A stretch of DNA of 64,000 bases, taken from contig CAMBDL010000006.1 in NCBI GenBank assembly GCA_945865365.1, forward strand, positions 2,994 through 66,993. The letters are read 5' to 3'. The translations under genes were made by a program, and so were the position numbers. The stretch comes from Streptomyces griseus. Its GTDB lineage: Bacteria > Actinomycetota > Actinomycetes > Nanopelagicales > Nanopelagicaceae. Every line of letters starts with the position of its first letter. Positions within the stretch are counted from its first letter, which is position 1. The notes beneath the pieces were generated by a model. It did not search any database, was not told the origin of the DNA, and was given only the letters and a program-made list of their open reading frames with translations. This document shows, one piece after another, positions 40,084-49,290 of the stretch.

Positions 40084-41238
40084 TTGAGAATTTCAAAGTT
40101 GGCGAAAGTTGCATCACTTGCACTCGCGTTTGGTTTAGTAGCAGGTTCACCTGCTTATGCAGTTGATCTTCAAGGCTCGGGAGCTTCATTCCCAGCACTG
40201 CTTATTGAAGGATGCAAGGCTGGCTTCGCTACAAGCGATGGTGGAGCAAACTCATTTGTTTACGCATCATCATCTTCAGGTACAGGTCAAGCAAACTCAG
40301 ATAAAAAAATTGGTGATTTTTGGATGTCAGATGGTGCTTACACAGCAGCCACAAAGCGTGCTTCGCTTATCCATGTGCCACTAGTGGCTGCACCAATTGC
40401 AATTTTGCACAACTTGCCATCTTCAAAGACACTCCAGTTGTCGGCTTCGACTATCGCTGGAATCTTTGGTGGAACAATTACTCGTTGGAATGATCCAGCA
40501 ATTTATGCCGATAACAACCGCAAGACTTCAGTTGTTGTCTATAATCTAGATGCCAATGGAAACCCTAAGAAAGATGCAAAGGGCAATCCAATTGTTCTTC
40601 GCACAAAGACTGTTTCATCAAACTATCCACTACCTAATAAGCCAATCAAAGTTATCTATCGCGCTGATTCATCAGGAACATCTGAAAACTTTACAAATTA
40701 CTTAGCAAAATCAGCCTCTGCCGTATGGACCAAGGCTAAGAACAAGGTCTTTAAAGACTCTTTCCCTGGCGATATCAATTCAGTGGCTAACCTAGGTCGT
40801 GTTGTTGGTGCAAATTCTTCAACTGGTGTGGCACAAATGGTGGGTAAGACTCCTTACTCAATTACATATGCCGAAGTTAACTATGCAGAAGCAAACAAGC
40901 TAAAAATTTCGAATGTAATTAATCCAACTGGAGCATCAGTAATTCCTAACTCAACTGGTGTTGGAGCATTTCTGGCATCAGCTACACAAGATGCCAACGG
41001 CTTCTTGACATATGACTATGCAACTAAAGAGCCAGGCGCTTACCCACTGGGTATCGTCTCTTACATGCTTGCAGATACTGCATATGCAACTAAGGCTCAA
41101 GCAGATGCTGTGAAAGCTGTGGCAACCTATATTTTGAGCTCTAAGTGCTCAAACGATGTCGGTAAAGCTCTTGGCTTCAGCGTTATCGATGGAGCACTTC
41201 TTGCGAAGTCACTCTCTCAGGTAGCAAAGATCGGTTAA
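40084..41238 (+). CDS. pstS: Phosphate-binding protein PstS
   Basis: GSGASFP, RWNDPAI, RADSSGTS, AYPL; TTG start with GGGG SD. Confidence 0.92.
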   Translation: MRISKLAKVASLALAFGLVAGSPAYAVDLQGSGASFPALLIEGCKAGFATSDGGANSFVYASSSSGTGQANSDKKIGDFWMSDGAYTAATKRASLIHVPLVAAPIAILHNLPSSKTLQLSASTIAGIFGGTITRWNDPAIYADNNRKTSVVVYNLDANGNPKKDAKGNPIVLRTKTVSSNYPLPNKPIKVIYRADSSGTSENFTNYLAKSASAVWTKAKNKVFKDSFPGDINSVANLGRVVGANSSTGVAQMVGKTPYSITYAEVNYAEANKLKISNVINPTGASVIPNSTGVGAFLASATQDANGFLTYDYATKEPGAYPLGIVSYMLADTAYATKAQADAVKAVATYILSSKCSNDVGKALGFSVIDGALLAKSLSQVAKIG

Positions 41239-41261
41239 TTCTCTTAACTTCGAGGGTTAGA

Positions 41262-41295
41262 AAAAAGACGGGCGCAGCGATGCGCCCGTCTTTTT
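41262..41295. terminator. Intrinsic terminator after pstS
   Basis: AAAAAGACGGGCGCA-GCGA-TGCGCCCGTCTTTTT. Confidence 0.92.
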
Positions 41296-41430
41296 CACAT
41301 TTATTGTTGTTTTGATAATCGATAAAATTGAAGATGACGGAGATATGGTTGGGGCTAATTCATCTCAGTATTTTATTTCTTACCATATTCCCACTCCTGA
41401 AAAACAGGGTATTCCCATACACTACTTTTA

Positions 41431-42651
41431 ATGAAATCTTTAGGGCCAGCTTTTAATCGCCTATGGGGGGCAAGTCTGACCACAAATCTGGCCGATGGGG
41501 TTTTAGCCGCGGCTGCACCACTTCTTGCCATAACGCTGACGAAGAACCCAGTATTAATCTCAATGCTCAGTGCATTAGTGATGTTGCCGTGGCTATTCTT
41601 TGCAATTCCCATTGGTGCGATTGTTGATCGAGTTGATCGCAGATTCCTATTGGCCGGGGCCAACTGTGTGCGTTGTCTTATTGCCGGACTCCTTGCAATA
41701 TCGATTTCGACTCACACAATCACGATCTACCTTTTATTTGTAGCAACTTTTTGTATTGGAGTATGTGAAGTAACGGCAGATACAACCTCACAATCGTTGA
41801 TCCCTCAGATTCTCGATAAGAATCAATTAGAACGGGGTAATTCTAGGCTTCAAATTTCAGAGACTATTGTGCAGGGTTTTGTGGGTACTCCAATTAGTGG
41901 TTTTCTTTATGCTGCGGCGATCTACTTGCCATTCATCGCTAACAGCCTTGGCTTCCTTGTTGCAGCGGTTTTAGCCGCAGCTATTCCAGTCAAGTTCTTG
42001 CAAGATTTGCGCACTGATGAAGCCACTGCAAGTAAGCCAGATTTCATAAGTGAAATACGCTTTGGAATCAAATATTTGTATAACAATAAAGTTTTACTTC
42101 GTCTTGTTCTCACCACGGCGAGTATAGGTTTTTGTTATTCGATGTCTACGTCAACAATAGTTTTGTTTATGGTTAACGAACTTCACTTAAAGCCCGCTTT
42201 TTTTGGAATCGCCCTGTCAGTGCAAGCCGTAGGTGCCATTGCAGGGGGATTCGCCGCCCCTAAACTTTCAACAAAATTTGGCCGCAGTAGGGTAATGGCT
42301 GTCGGTATTTTCTTAAGCTCGCTCATTATTCTTTTGCAAGGTTTTGTACCGAATATTTATATCTTTATTGCACTTTCTACAGTTGCTGCATTCACAATTT
42401 CACAGTGGAATATCCTGTTAATGTCGACCTATCAGAGCGCAATTCCTTCGCATTTATATGGTCGAGTTCATGGAACCAGGCGCACTCTCGTGTGGGGCCT
42501 CATGCCATTTGGTTCTTTGCTCGGTGGGTTTATTGCAAAAACTGGCTTGCGTGCCCCCCTTATTGTTGGGGGTGCTATTGCCACGGTAATCGCGCTTCTT
42601 TCACTGCCATTTTTGATGGGTGTCAGTGAAAGGGCGGAGGCATCTCAGTAA
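41431..42651 (+). CDS. MFS transporter (EntS/MefA-like)
   Basis: GAIVDRVDRR motif A, about 12 TM segments. Confidence 0.9.
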   Translation: MKSLGPAFNRLWGASLTTNLADGVLAAAAPLLAITLTKNPVLISMLSALVMLPWLFFAIPIGAIVDRVDRRFLLAGANCVRCLIAGLLAISISTHTITIYLLFVATFCIGVCEVTADTTSQSLIPQILDKNQLERGNSRLQISETIVQGFVGTPISGFLYAAAIYLPFIANSLGFLVAAVLAAAIPVKFLQDLRTDEATASKPDFISEIRFGIKYLYNNKVLLRLVLTTASIGFCYSMSTSTIVLFMVNELHLKPAFFGIALSVQAVGAIAGGFAAPKLSTKFGRSRVMAVGIFLSSLIILLQGFVPNIYIFIALSTVAAFTISQWNILLMSTYQSAIPSHLYGRVHGTRRTLVWGLMPFGSLLGGFIAKTGLRAPLIVGGAIATVIALLSLPFLMGVSERAEASQ

Positions 42652-42660
42652 GATTTGCTC

Positions 42661-43971
42661 ATGACCAAGCCACTTGGACGCTCGTACTGGAAACTGTGGT
42701 TGGCCACGGCGATTTCAAATCTTGGCGATGGCGTGTCAATGGTGGCCTACCCGTGGCTAGCATCGGCAGTAACAAGGTCCCCCATACTTATTGCTGCAGC
42801 AGGCTTTGCTTCGCGATTACCGTGGTTGATCTTTACCCTTCACGCAGGGGTGCTGACCGATCGCTTTGATAGACGAAAATTGATTGTGGGTATGGATTTC
42901 CTGCGTGGTGTGCTCACGCTTGTGGTCGGTGGAATAGTTTTCCTTAACAAAGATTCTTTGCCATCGCTCAATGATTTAACATCTATTACAGATATTAAGA
43001 CAAATTGGAGTTTGTACTTAACCTTATTGATTACCGCCTTTTTATTTGGCTTAGCCGAAGTATTAAGAGACAACAGTGCTCAAACTTTGATGCCTTCAGT
43101 TGTCGATAAGGAAAATTTAGAGAGAGCCAATAGCAGAATGTGGTCGGCTGAGTCATTGACCAATAGCTTTATCGGACCTCCTCTTGGCTCTCTATTAATA
43201 GGAATAGCGATCTTTTTGCCATTCTTCTTTGATGCAGTCTCATTCTTCTTAGCAGTTGCATTAATTGCCTCACTAGCTGGAAGTTTTAGGCCCGTTGATA
43301 TCGATGCGCCTCGAGAAAAGATCAATTTTAAAGCTGAGATTCGTGAAGGCTTTGATTGGTTGTGGGCACATCCCTTGCTGCGGCCCATGGCGATTATTTT
43401 GGGTTGCATGAATGGGCTGGGCAGCATGGTCGGTGCGGTCTACATATTATTTGCCCAAGAGGTTTTGCATACCACCGTCTTTATATTTGCCATACTGGGT
43501 ACGGCAGGTGCAGTCGGTGGAACCATCGGCGGATTTTTTGCGCCCAAAGTTTCAGCACGATTAGGCAGCGGGCCATCGTTAGCTTTGGCATTAGCGGCAG
43601 CCCCCATTGGAAACTTAATAGTTGGCCTCACCTCATCATGGCAGGTTGTCTGGGTGGTCGTGGCCTGTGAAACCTTTGTTGCGATTCTCTGGAATACGAT
43701 CACGGTCTCACTTCGCCAAAGCATTATTCCACCGGCTTTGCTCGGCCGGGTTAACAGCGTCTACCGCTTCTTTGCCTGGGGCTCAATTCCGATCGGCATG
43801 TTTGTGGGCGGGGGATTGGTTACTGCCATGACGCACCTGGTCTCTCGTGAAAGCGCCCTGCGCGCCCCGTATCTGATATCGGTGGTGCTTGGCCTGATTG
43901 TATGGGCCCTAGCCGCCCCACGCCTGACTACCGCCACAATCAATGAAGCTCGCCAGCAGGGTCAAAATTAA
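42661..43971 (+). CDS. MFS transporter, paralog of the upstream gene
   Basis: GVLTDRFDRRK motif A; start ATG 42661. Confidence 0.9.
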   Translation: MTKPLGRSYWKLWLATAISNLGDGVSMVAYPWLASAVTRSPILIAAAGFASRLPWLIFTLHAGVLTDRFDRRKLIVGMDFLRGVLTLVVGGIVFLNKDSLPSLNDLTSITDIKTNWSLYLTLLITAFLFGLAEVLRDNSAQTLMPSVVDKENLERANSRMWSAESLTNSFIGPPLGSLLIGIAIFLPFFFDAVSFFLAVALIASLAGSFRPVDIDAPREKINFKAEIREGFDWLWAHPLLRPMAIILGCMNGLGSMVGAVYILFAQEVLHTTVFIFAILGTAGAVGGTIGGFFAPKVSARLGSGPSLALALAAAPIGNLIVGLTSSWQVVWVVVACETFVAILWNTITVSLRQSIIPPALLGRVNSVYRFFAWGSIPIGMFVGGGLVTAMTHLVSRESALRAPYLISVVLGLIVWALAAPRLTTATINEARQQGQN

Positions 43972-44086
43972 GCCCGTGACCTGTTGCCACACACGGGGAA
44001 GGTAAGGCAGACTCTCTCCACCAATGGGTAAGTGTGGGGTTAGTCGACTCTTCACATATACCCAATTAACCCCTCAAGGAGGACTA

Positions 44087-45931
44087 ATGAAGTTACATCG
44101 CAGCGCAAAATTTGCGTTAGCAATTACAGCTTCTGCGGCTTTGGCAGTATCACTACTGACTCCAGCCCAGGCTGCAACACGTTCGACTGTTATTCTGCAT
44201 GAGACAAACCCAATCACTGGTTTGAACTGCAGCCTTTCAGCTACGAACTCAACGACATGTTCTGCTGTCGGATACCTACAAGGTAACGGCTTTAACTATT
44301 ACAACGATAAAAAAGAGCTTGTCAAGAACACAGTTTTTGGTTCATACAAGATCGTTAAGAACTCTGCTACTGACTTCCGTACAGCATGGACAGTTAATCC
44401 AGGCCGTGTGTGGTCAGATGGAACACCTATCACTGGTGAAGACCTTCTTCTCGGACATGTTGCTTCAAGCAATGCCTATTCAAAGGCAGCTGGCTTAGGA
44501 GATCCAGAGAGCAAGACAGAAACACCTGCATTTAATGGCCTTGGCTATTCAGGTGTCTACAACGACAATATTGTTGGCGAGCCAACACTGTCTGCTGACA
44601 AGATGACAGTAACTCTTCGCTTCAAGAAGCCAATTGCTAACTGGGATCTCTATGGTCCAGGACCATCAGCAGTACACACAATGGTTTTGATGGCTGAAGG
44701 CAAGAAAGCCCTAGGAACTGTTGCAGAGAACATAGCAGCACGTTCTCGCTTCGTTGCTGCATTTAATGCAAAAGATTCAACTCTGCTCAAGAAGTTGGGC
44801 AATATCTGGACTAACGATTACACCATTATCACTGTTGATAAGACCACCAACCCACTACTTCTAGTAGGTAATGGTGGATTCCTTATTGACAATGCAGTTG
44901 CTAAGACTTCTGTAACTTTGAAGAGGAATCCAAAGTACAACTCTGGCCCAGAATTCACTGGAAACATTGATACTGTTGTATTCAAATTCATTGGAGATGG
45001 CACAGCTGCTGCTCAGGCATTAGCTAACGGCGAACTCGACATCTATGCAGGTCAGGCTACTGCCGATGGTGTTGCATTGCTGAAGAAGATTTCAAACGTT
45101 AACGTAGTTGGTATCAGCAACGTTGCTTACGAGCACTGGGATCTTCACTATGACACTGTTCCTGGAGAAGACCCATACACAGGTCTCTTCTCAGTTAAAG
45201 ATGGAAAGAAGTCAAAGGCGCTTCGCCAGGCATTCTTACTAGGTCTACCACGTGAAGAGATCATGGCAAAGTTGATTGCGCCAATTAATGGCGTGACAAC
45301 TCCTATAGAGTCAACATGGGTATCACCAGGATCTGCTACATACAAGAAGGTAACTGCAGCAAATGGCTCTGCTTTCTACTCACGTGGATCACAAGAGTCA
45401 CGTAACGCATCTGCTTTGAAACTAGTCAAGAAGTACTATCCAAAGGTGCTAGCGAGCCCACTGAAGGTTCGTGTACTTGTCCCAGGAAACAACCCACGTC
45501 GTGCAGCAGAGTTTGCTCTAGCTAAGGCTAACTTGGCTAAGGTCGGCTTTGATCTACAAGGTGAAGTTCGTACTGACTGGCCTTCAAAGCTAGGTAGCTC
45601 AGATTACGATGTTTACTTCTTTGCATGGGTAGCTTCTTCAGTAACCCAGCGCCAATCAGCTGATATTTTTGACACCAATGGTGGAAATAACATCTTGGGT
45701 TACAGTAATCCAGCTGTGGATGCAATCATTGCAACATTAGATTCACCTCTATCTGATGCGACACTTGCAGCCAAGTACATCCAAATTGAGTACCTAACGA
45801 ACAATGATGCAATTACTGCCGGTGTATTCGTACACCCAGGTGTTGTAGCCGTTAACAAGGATCTCAAGAATGTACGACCAGGCCCATTGTCTCCACAGAT
45901 GGTGTGGAACTTCTGGGAGTGGACCTACTAA
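44087..45931 (+). CDS. Oligopeptide ABC substrate-binding protein (family 5)
   Basis: GRVWSDGTPITGED motif; AGGAGG SD before ATG 44087; signal peptide ending AQA. Confidence 0.9.
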   Translation: MKLHRSAKFALAITASAALAVSLLTPAQAATRSTVILHETNPITGLNCSLSATNSTTCSAVGYLQGNGFNYYNDKKELVKNTVFGSYKIVKNSATDFRTAWTVNPGRVWSDGTPITGEDLLLGHVASSNAYSKAAGLGDPESKTETPAFNGLGYSGVYNDNIVGEPTLSADKMTVTLRFKKPIANWDLYGPGPSAVHTMVLMAEGKKALGTVAENIAARSRFVAAFNAKDSTLLKKLGNIWTNDYTIITVDKTTNPLLLVGNGGFLIDNAVAKTSVTLKRNPKYNSGPEFTGNIDTVVFKFIGDGTAAAQALANGELDIYAGQATADGVALLKKISNVNVVGISNVAYEHWDLHYDTVPGEDPYTGLFSVKDGKKSKALRQAFLLGLPREEIMAKLIAPINGVTTPIESTWVSPGSATYKKVTAANGSAFYSRGSQESRNASALKLVKKYYPKVLASPLKVRVLVPGNNPRRAAEFALAKANLAKVGFDLQGEVRTDWPSKLGSSDYDVYFFAWVASSVTQRQSADIFDTNGGNNILGYSNPAVDAIIATLDSPLSDATLAAKYIQIEYLTNNDAITAGVFVHPGVVAVNKDLKNVRPGPLSPQMVWNFWEWTY

Positions 45932-45971
45932 GGGTTAGTGATACCTTTAGGTAGTTAATACTGGTACTAAA

Positions 45972-46003
45972 GCGACACCCGGGAGGAAACTTCCGGGTGT
46001 CGT
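45972..46003 (+). terminator. Stem-loop between oppA-like and oppB-like genes
   Basis: GCGACACCCGGGAG-GAAA-CTTCCGGGTGTCGT with only a weak U-tract. Confidence 0.7.
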
Positions 46004-46062
46004 TGCCTGTATAGTAGAGAAGGTTTTTAGCCCAACTTGTTGCTAGAGAGGTTTTATCCCTG

Positions 46063-47607
46063 ATGTTTGCTTTTATTATGCGCCGGTTAGGCGTTTTAGG
46101 CGTGATTCTGATGGGCTCCAGTTTTATTCTCTATAACTTGGCAGCTTACTCAGGTGATCCACTGGCAGAACTCAAGCAGTCACAAGACCCAAACCGCGAT
46201 TTCTTGATGCTCTCTCTCAGCCGCGATCTCCAGTTAGATGTACCTCCGCCCGCCAGATATTTTCTCTGGCTCAAAGGCGTTGCAGGTCTCTTTATTGGCC
46301 AAGCAAACTTTGGCAGTACACGTGAAGGCTCAACAGTAGGTGCAGATTTAGCACTAGCTATTCCAGTCACGCTTCGCTTGGTCTTAGCAGCTACGCTTAT
46401 TGCAATTGTTTTAGGAATCGGTCTCGGAATTGTGACCGCGCTTCGTCAATATAGTCGCTTTGATTATTCTATGACCTTTGTTTCCTTTTTAATGTTCTCT
46501 CTTCCAATCTTTTGGGTTGCCGTTCTGCTCAAACAGTACCTAGCGATCTCCTTCAACAACTTTTTGAAAGTCCCAGACGTGCCGCTTAAAGGCTTACTCT
46601 TGCTTGCATTGGCAAGCGGTCTCTTTTGGGCCGCCGTCATTGGTGGCTCTCGAAAGACTTTCTGGCGCGTATTTGGATTAGCAACAACGTGTGCAGGTTC
46701 ACTCATCGCAATTATGGATGCCATGAATTGGTTTTTAAAGCCAGGACTTGGTCCCATCATTGTCTTTGCTCTATCAGTCGGCGTTGCTTACGGCATTACA
46801 CAATTATCGGTAGGTATTACAAATAAGGCTGCCTTGAAGTCATCGCTCACAGTTTCAGGTGCCGCGCTTGTGATGTATTACCCAGCTAATTGGATATTTG
46901 ATAATCATCCTGGAGCACTTGGAGTCTTTGCAGTGTTCTCGGCTTTGATTTTATTGGCAGTAGGTGCAGGAATTTCATTTTCAAAGATCGATCGTGGGCC
47001 AATTATCCGTACAGCGGTAATAACCGCATTTATTTGCGCCATAATCATTGTTGTTGATAAATTTATGCAGACATGGTCGCCATATATGGAGACTGATGCG
47101 ATTAACTATCGACCAGTCCCAACTATTGGTCAGCGTAATGATCTGCTGGATACAAGTGACTTTTGGCTTTCAAGCCTAGATGTAGTGATGCATTTATTCT
47201 TGCCAACTCTGGCCCTAACGTTAATCTCATTTGCTGGTTATATTCGTTTTTCTCGTGGAACGCTATTAGAAGTTCTTAATCAGGACTACATCCGTACTGC
47301 CCGTGCTAAAGGTTTAACCGAGCGCACAGTTATTATGCGCCATGCCTTCAGAAATACGATGATTCCATTAACAACGATCATGGTCGTTGACTTTGCCGGT
47401 GTTATCGGTGGCGCCTTAATCACTGAACGCGTCTTTGGTTGGTCTGGAATGGGAACTCTTTTCTATCGCGGACTCCTCTCTTTCGACTTAAATCTACTTA
47501 TGGGAGTCTTCTTCGTGACCGCTACATTATCGGTCTTAGCAAACCTTGTAGCAGATTTGTTGTACTCAGCCTTAGACCCACGTATTCGAGTAGGAAGTGG
47601 TGCATAA
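46063..47607 (+). CDS. OppB/DppB-like permease with large TM insertion
   Basis: QDYIRTARAKGL, FRNTMIP, ITERVFGW; 514 aa. Confidence 0.92.
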   Translation: MFAFIMRRLGVLGVILMGSSFILYNLAAYSGDPLAELKQSQDPNRDFLMLSLSRDLQLDVPPPARYFLWLKGVAGLFIGQANFGSTREGSTVGADLALAIPVTLRLVLAATLIAIVLGIGLGIVTALRQYSRFDYSMTFVSFLMFSLPIFWVAVLLKQYLAISFNNFLKVPDVPLKGLLLLALASGLFWAAVIGGSRKTFWRVFGLATTCAGSLIAIMDAMNWFLKPGLGPIIVFALSVGVAYGITQLSVGITNKAALKSSLTVSGAALVMYYPANWIFDNHPGALGVFAVFSALILLAVGAGISFSKIDRGPIIRTAVITAFICAIIIVVDKFMQTWSPYMETDAINYRPVPTIGQRNDLLDTSDFWLSSLDVVMHLFLPTLALTLISFAGYIRFSRGTLLEVLNQDYIRTARAKGLTERTVIMRHAFRNTMIPLTTIMVVDFAGVIGGALITERVFGWSGMGTLFYRGLLSFDLNLLMGVFFVTATLSVLANLVADLLYSALDPRIRVGSGA

Positions 47608-48696
47608 ATGGCCCGTACATCTAAGAAGGCAAGTCAATCAACTGAACTTCTCATCGGTGAAAATGCGATTTCTAACCGAGAAGTAGAGGGTTTAAGCCAG
47701 GGACAAATCGTCCGTCGACGTTTCTTCCGTCACCGCGCCGCCGTTATCTCTTTAGTGACGATTATTTCAATCGTTATTTTTGTATTTTCCGCTCTGGACT
47801 TTAGATTATTTGGAGTATGGAGAATTCCAGGTTGGTGGAAGTGGACTACTGAAGAACTACCAGAGCTGCGCGTCGGTGACTGCCCTGGAGGCACAGTTGG
47901 GTGTCCAACAATTAGCCTGCGCCCTAAGTTTTTAGGTGGTGCTGGCTTTGGTTTGGGCAATCACCCATTTGGACAAGATGATATTGGGCGCGATTTCTTT
48001 GCACTTGTCATGAAGGGTGCTCAACGCTCACTATCTGTGATGGTGGTAATCGGATTCCTCGGTGCAACCATCGGAACTATCGTTGGATCTATCTCAGGTT
48101 TCTACCGTGGCAAGATTGATGCAATCTTGATGCGCCTTGTGGACTTCATGATTACCGTTCCTGCAGTGCTTATTGGCTCGGTTATTGGTTACCACTATGG
48201 AAATCTTGGTGCGATTTTTCTAGCCTTCTACTTGGGTTTATTTGCCTGGACTGGCCTATCTCGCTTAGTTCGCGCAGAGTTCTTAACCCTTCGAGAGCGC
48301 GAATTCGTCGATGCAGCACGAGTTGCTGGGGCGTCTAATCGCCGCATTATCTTTAAACATATTTTACCAAACGCAGTTGGAATCATCATTGTCTCTGTCA
48401 CACTGCTTCTATCGGGAGCAATTTTGCTAGAGACTGCGCTTTCTTACCTTGGCTTTGGTGTGGTTCCACCGGATGTTTCATTGGGTCTATTAATTAGCCA
48501 GTACCAAGATTCATTTACAACCCGACCATGGCTATTTTGGTATCCTGGCTTATTTATCATCACCATCGCTTTAAGTATTAACTTTATCGGCGATGGCCTA
48601 CGCGATGCCTTTGATCCTCGCCAACGTCGACGAATTACAAAGAAGGAACGCCAAGAATCAGCTATCTCCAAAACATTGGCTCCAGAAGATGTGTAA
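47608..48696 (+). CDS. OppC/DppC-like permease
   Basis: HPFGQDDIGRD, REFVDAARVAGA, GDGLRDAFDPR. Confidence 0.93.
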   Translation: MARTSKKASQSTELLIGENAISNREVEGLSQGQIVRRRFFRHRAAVISLVTIISIVIFVFSALDFRLFGVWRIPGWWKWTTEELPELRVGDCPGGTVGCPTISLRPKFLGGAGFGLGNHPFGQDDIGRDFFALVMKGAQRSLSVMVVIGFLGATIGTIVGSISGFYRGKIDAILMRLVDFMITVPAVLIGSVIGYHYGNLGAIFLAFYLGLFAWTGLSRLVRAEFLTLREREFVDAARVAGASNRRIIFKHILPNAVGIIIVSVTLLLSGAILLETALSYLGFGVVPPDVSLGLLISQYQDSFTTRPWLFWYPGLFIITIALSINFIGDGLRDAFDPRQRRRITKKERQESAISKTLAPEDV

Positions 48697-48697
48697 T

Positions 48698-49231
48698 TTA
48701 TTTACGGAAGAGAGTGTTGCTTACGTGGAAAACCCCCAGGGGAGCAGTTCCTTTGGTGATAAATTCTTTGCGGCGCAACCGGGCGATATAAGCGCACGCA
48801 CCCGAATCACTTCGCGGAGAGTCACCAATACGAACCGGGTGATCACTACCGCGGGGCGTGAAGTCACTCTTATGCATAGCCTTCGAGTGACGGCGACTAG
48901 GAGCTGGAGCGGCCCACGCGTAGATGGTCTTACCGTCAACGGTGATCGACATGCTGTACTTGGTTTCAATCTCATCGATGCGATCCCAACTCGCAGTGAT
49001 CTCTTTGGTTGGGTTAACGATCTTGATACCTTCATCAAAGAGCACAACAGAGGGCTTGATGAAACTCAGATATGCACCGAGAACTCCCACGCTGCATACG
49101 AGCAGAGTGAGAACCAACTCGTTAGTACCACCGTAGAAAGCGCTCTGAGCGATGAAGCCGCCAAAGAAAGCGATCAACACCCAACCCATAATCAGTGCGC
49201 TAGTGGGGCGGAATTTTTCGGGGTTATTCAT
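48698..49231 (-). CDS. Membrane protein with PH-like (bPH) domain
   Basis: Two N-terminal TM helices, then PSVVLFDEGIKIVNP...ASWDRI...WAAP. Confidence 0.7.
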   Translation of the reverse strand: MNNPEKFRPTSALIMGWVLIAFFGGFIAQSAFYGGTNELVLTLLVCSVGVLGAYLSFIKPSVVLFDEGIKIVNPTKEITASWDRIDEIETKYSMSITVDGKTIYAWAAPAPSRRHSKAMHKSDFTPRGSDHPVRIGDSPRSDSGACAYIARLRRKEFITKGTAPLGVFHVSNTLFRK

Positions 49232-49290
49232 TCACATAGTTTGTCACAGTTAGATCTAAACCTTGATATCAAGCAGGCGGAGGCAGGCAT

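Noticed and set aside
48698-48780. Possible frameshift truncating the PH-domain gene
   Set aside because: The frame ends 1 nt from the oppC stop, leaving no room for a lost C-terminus
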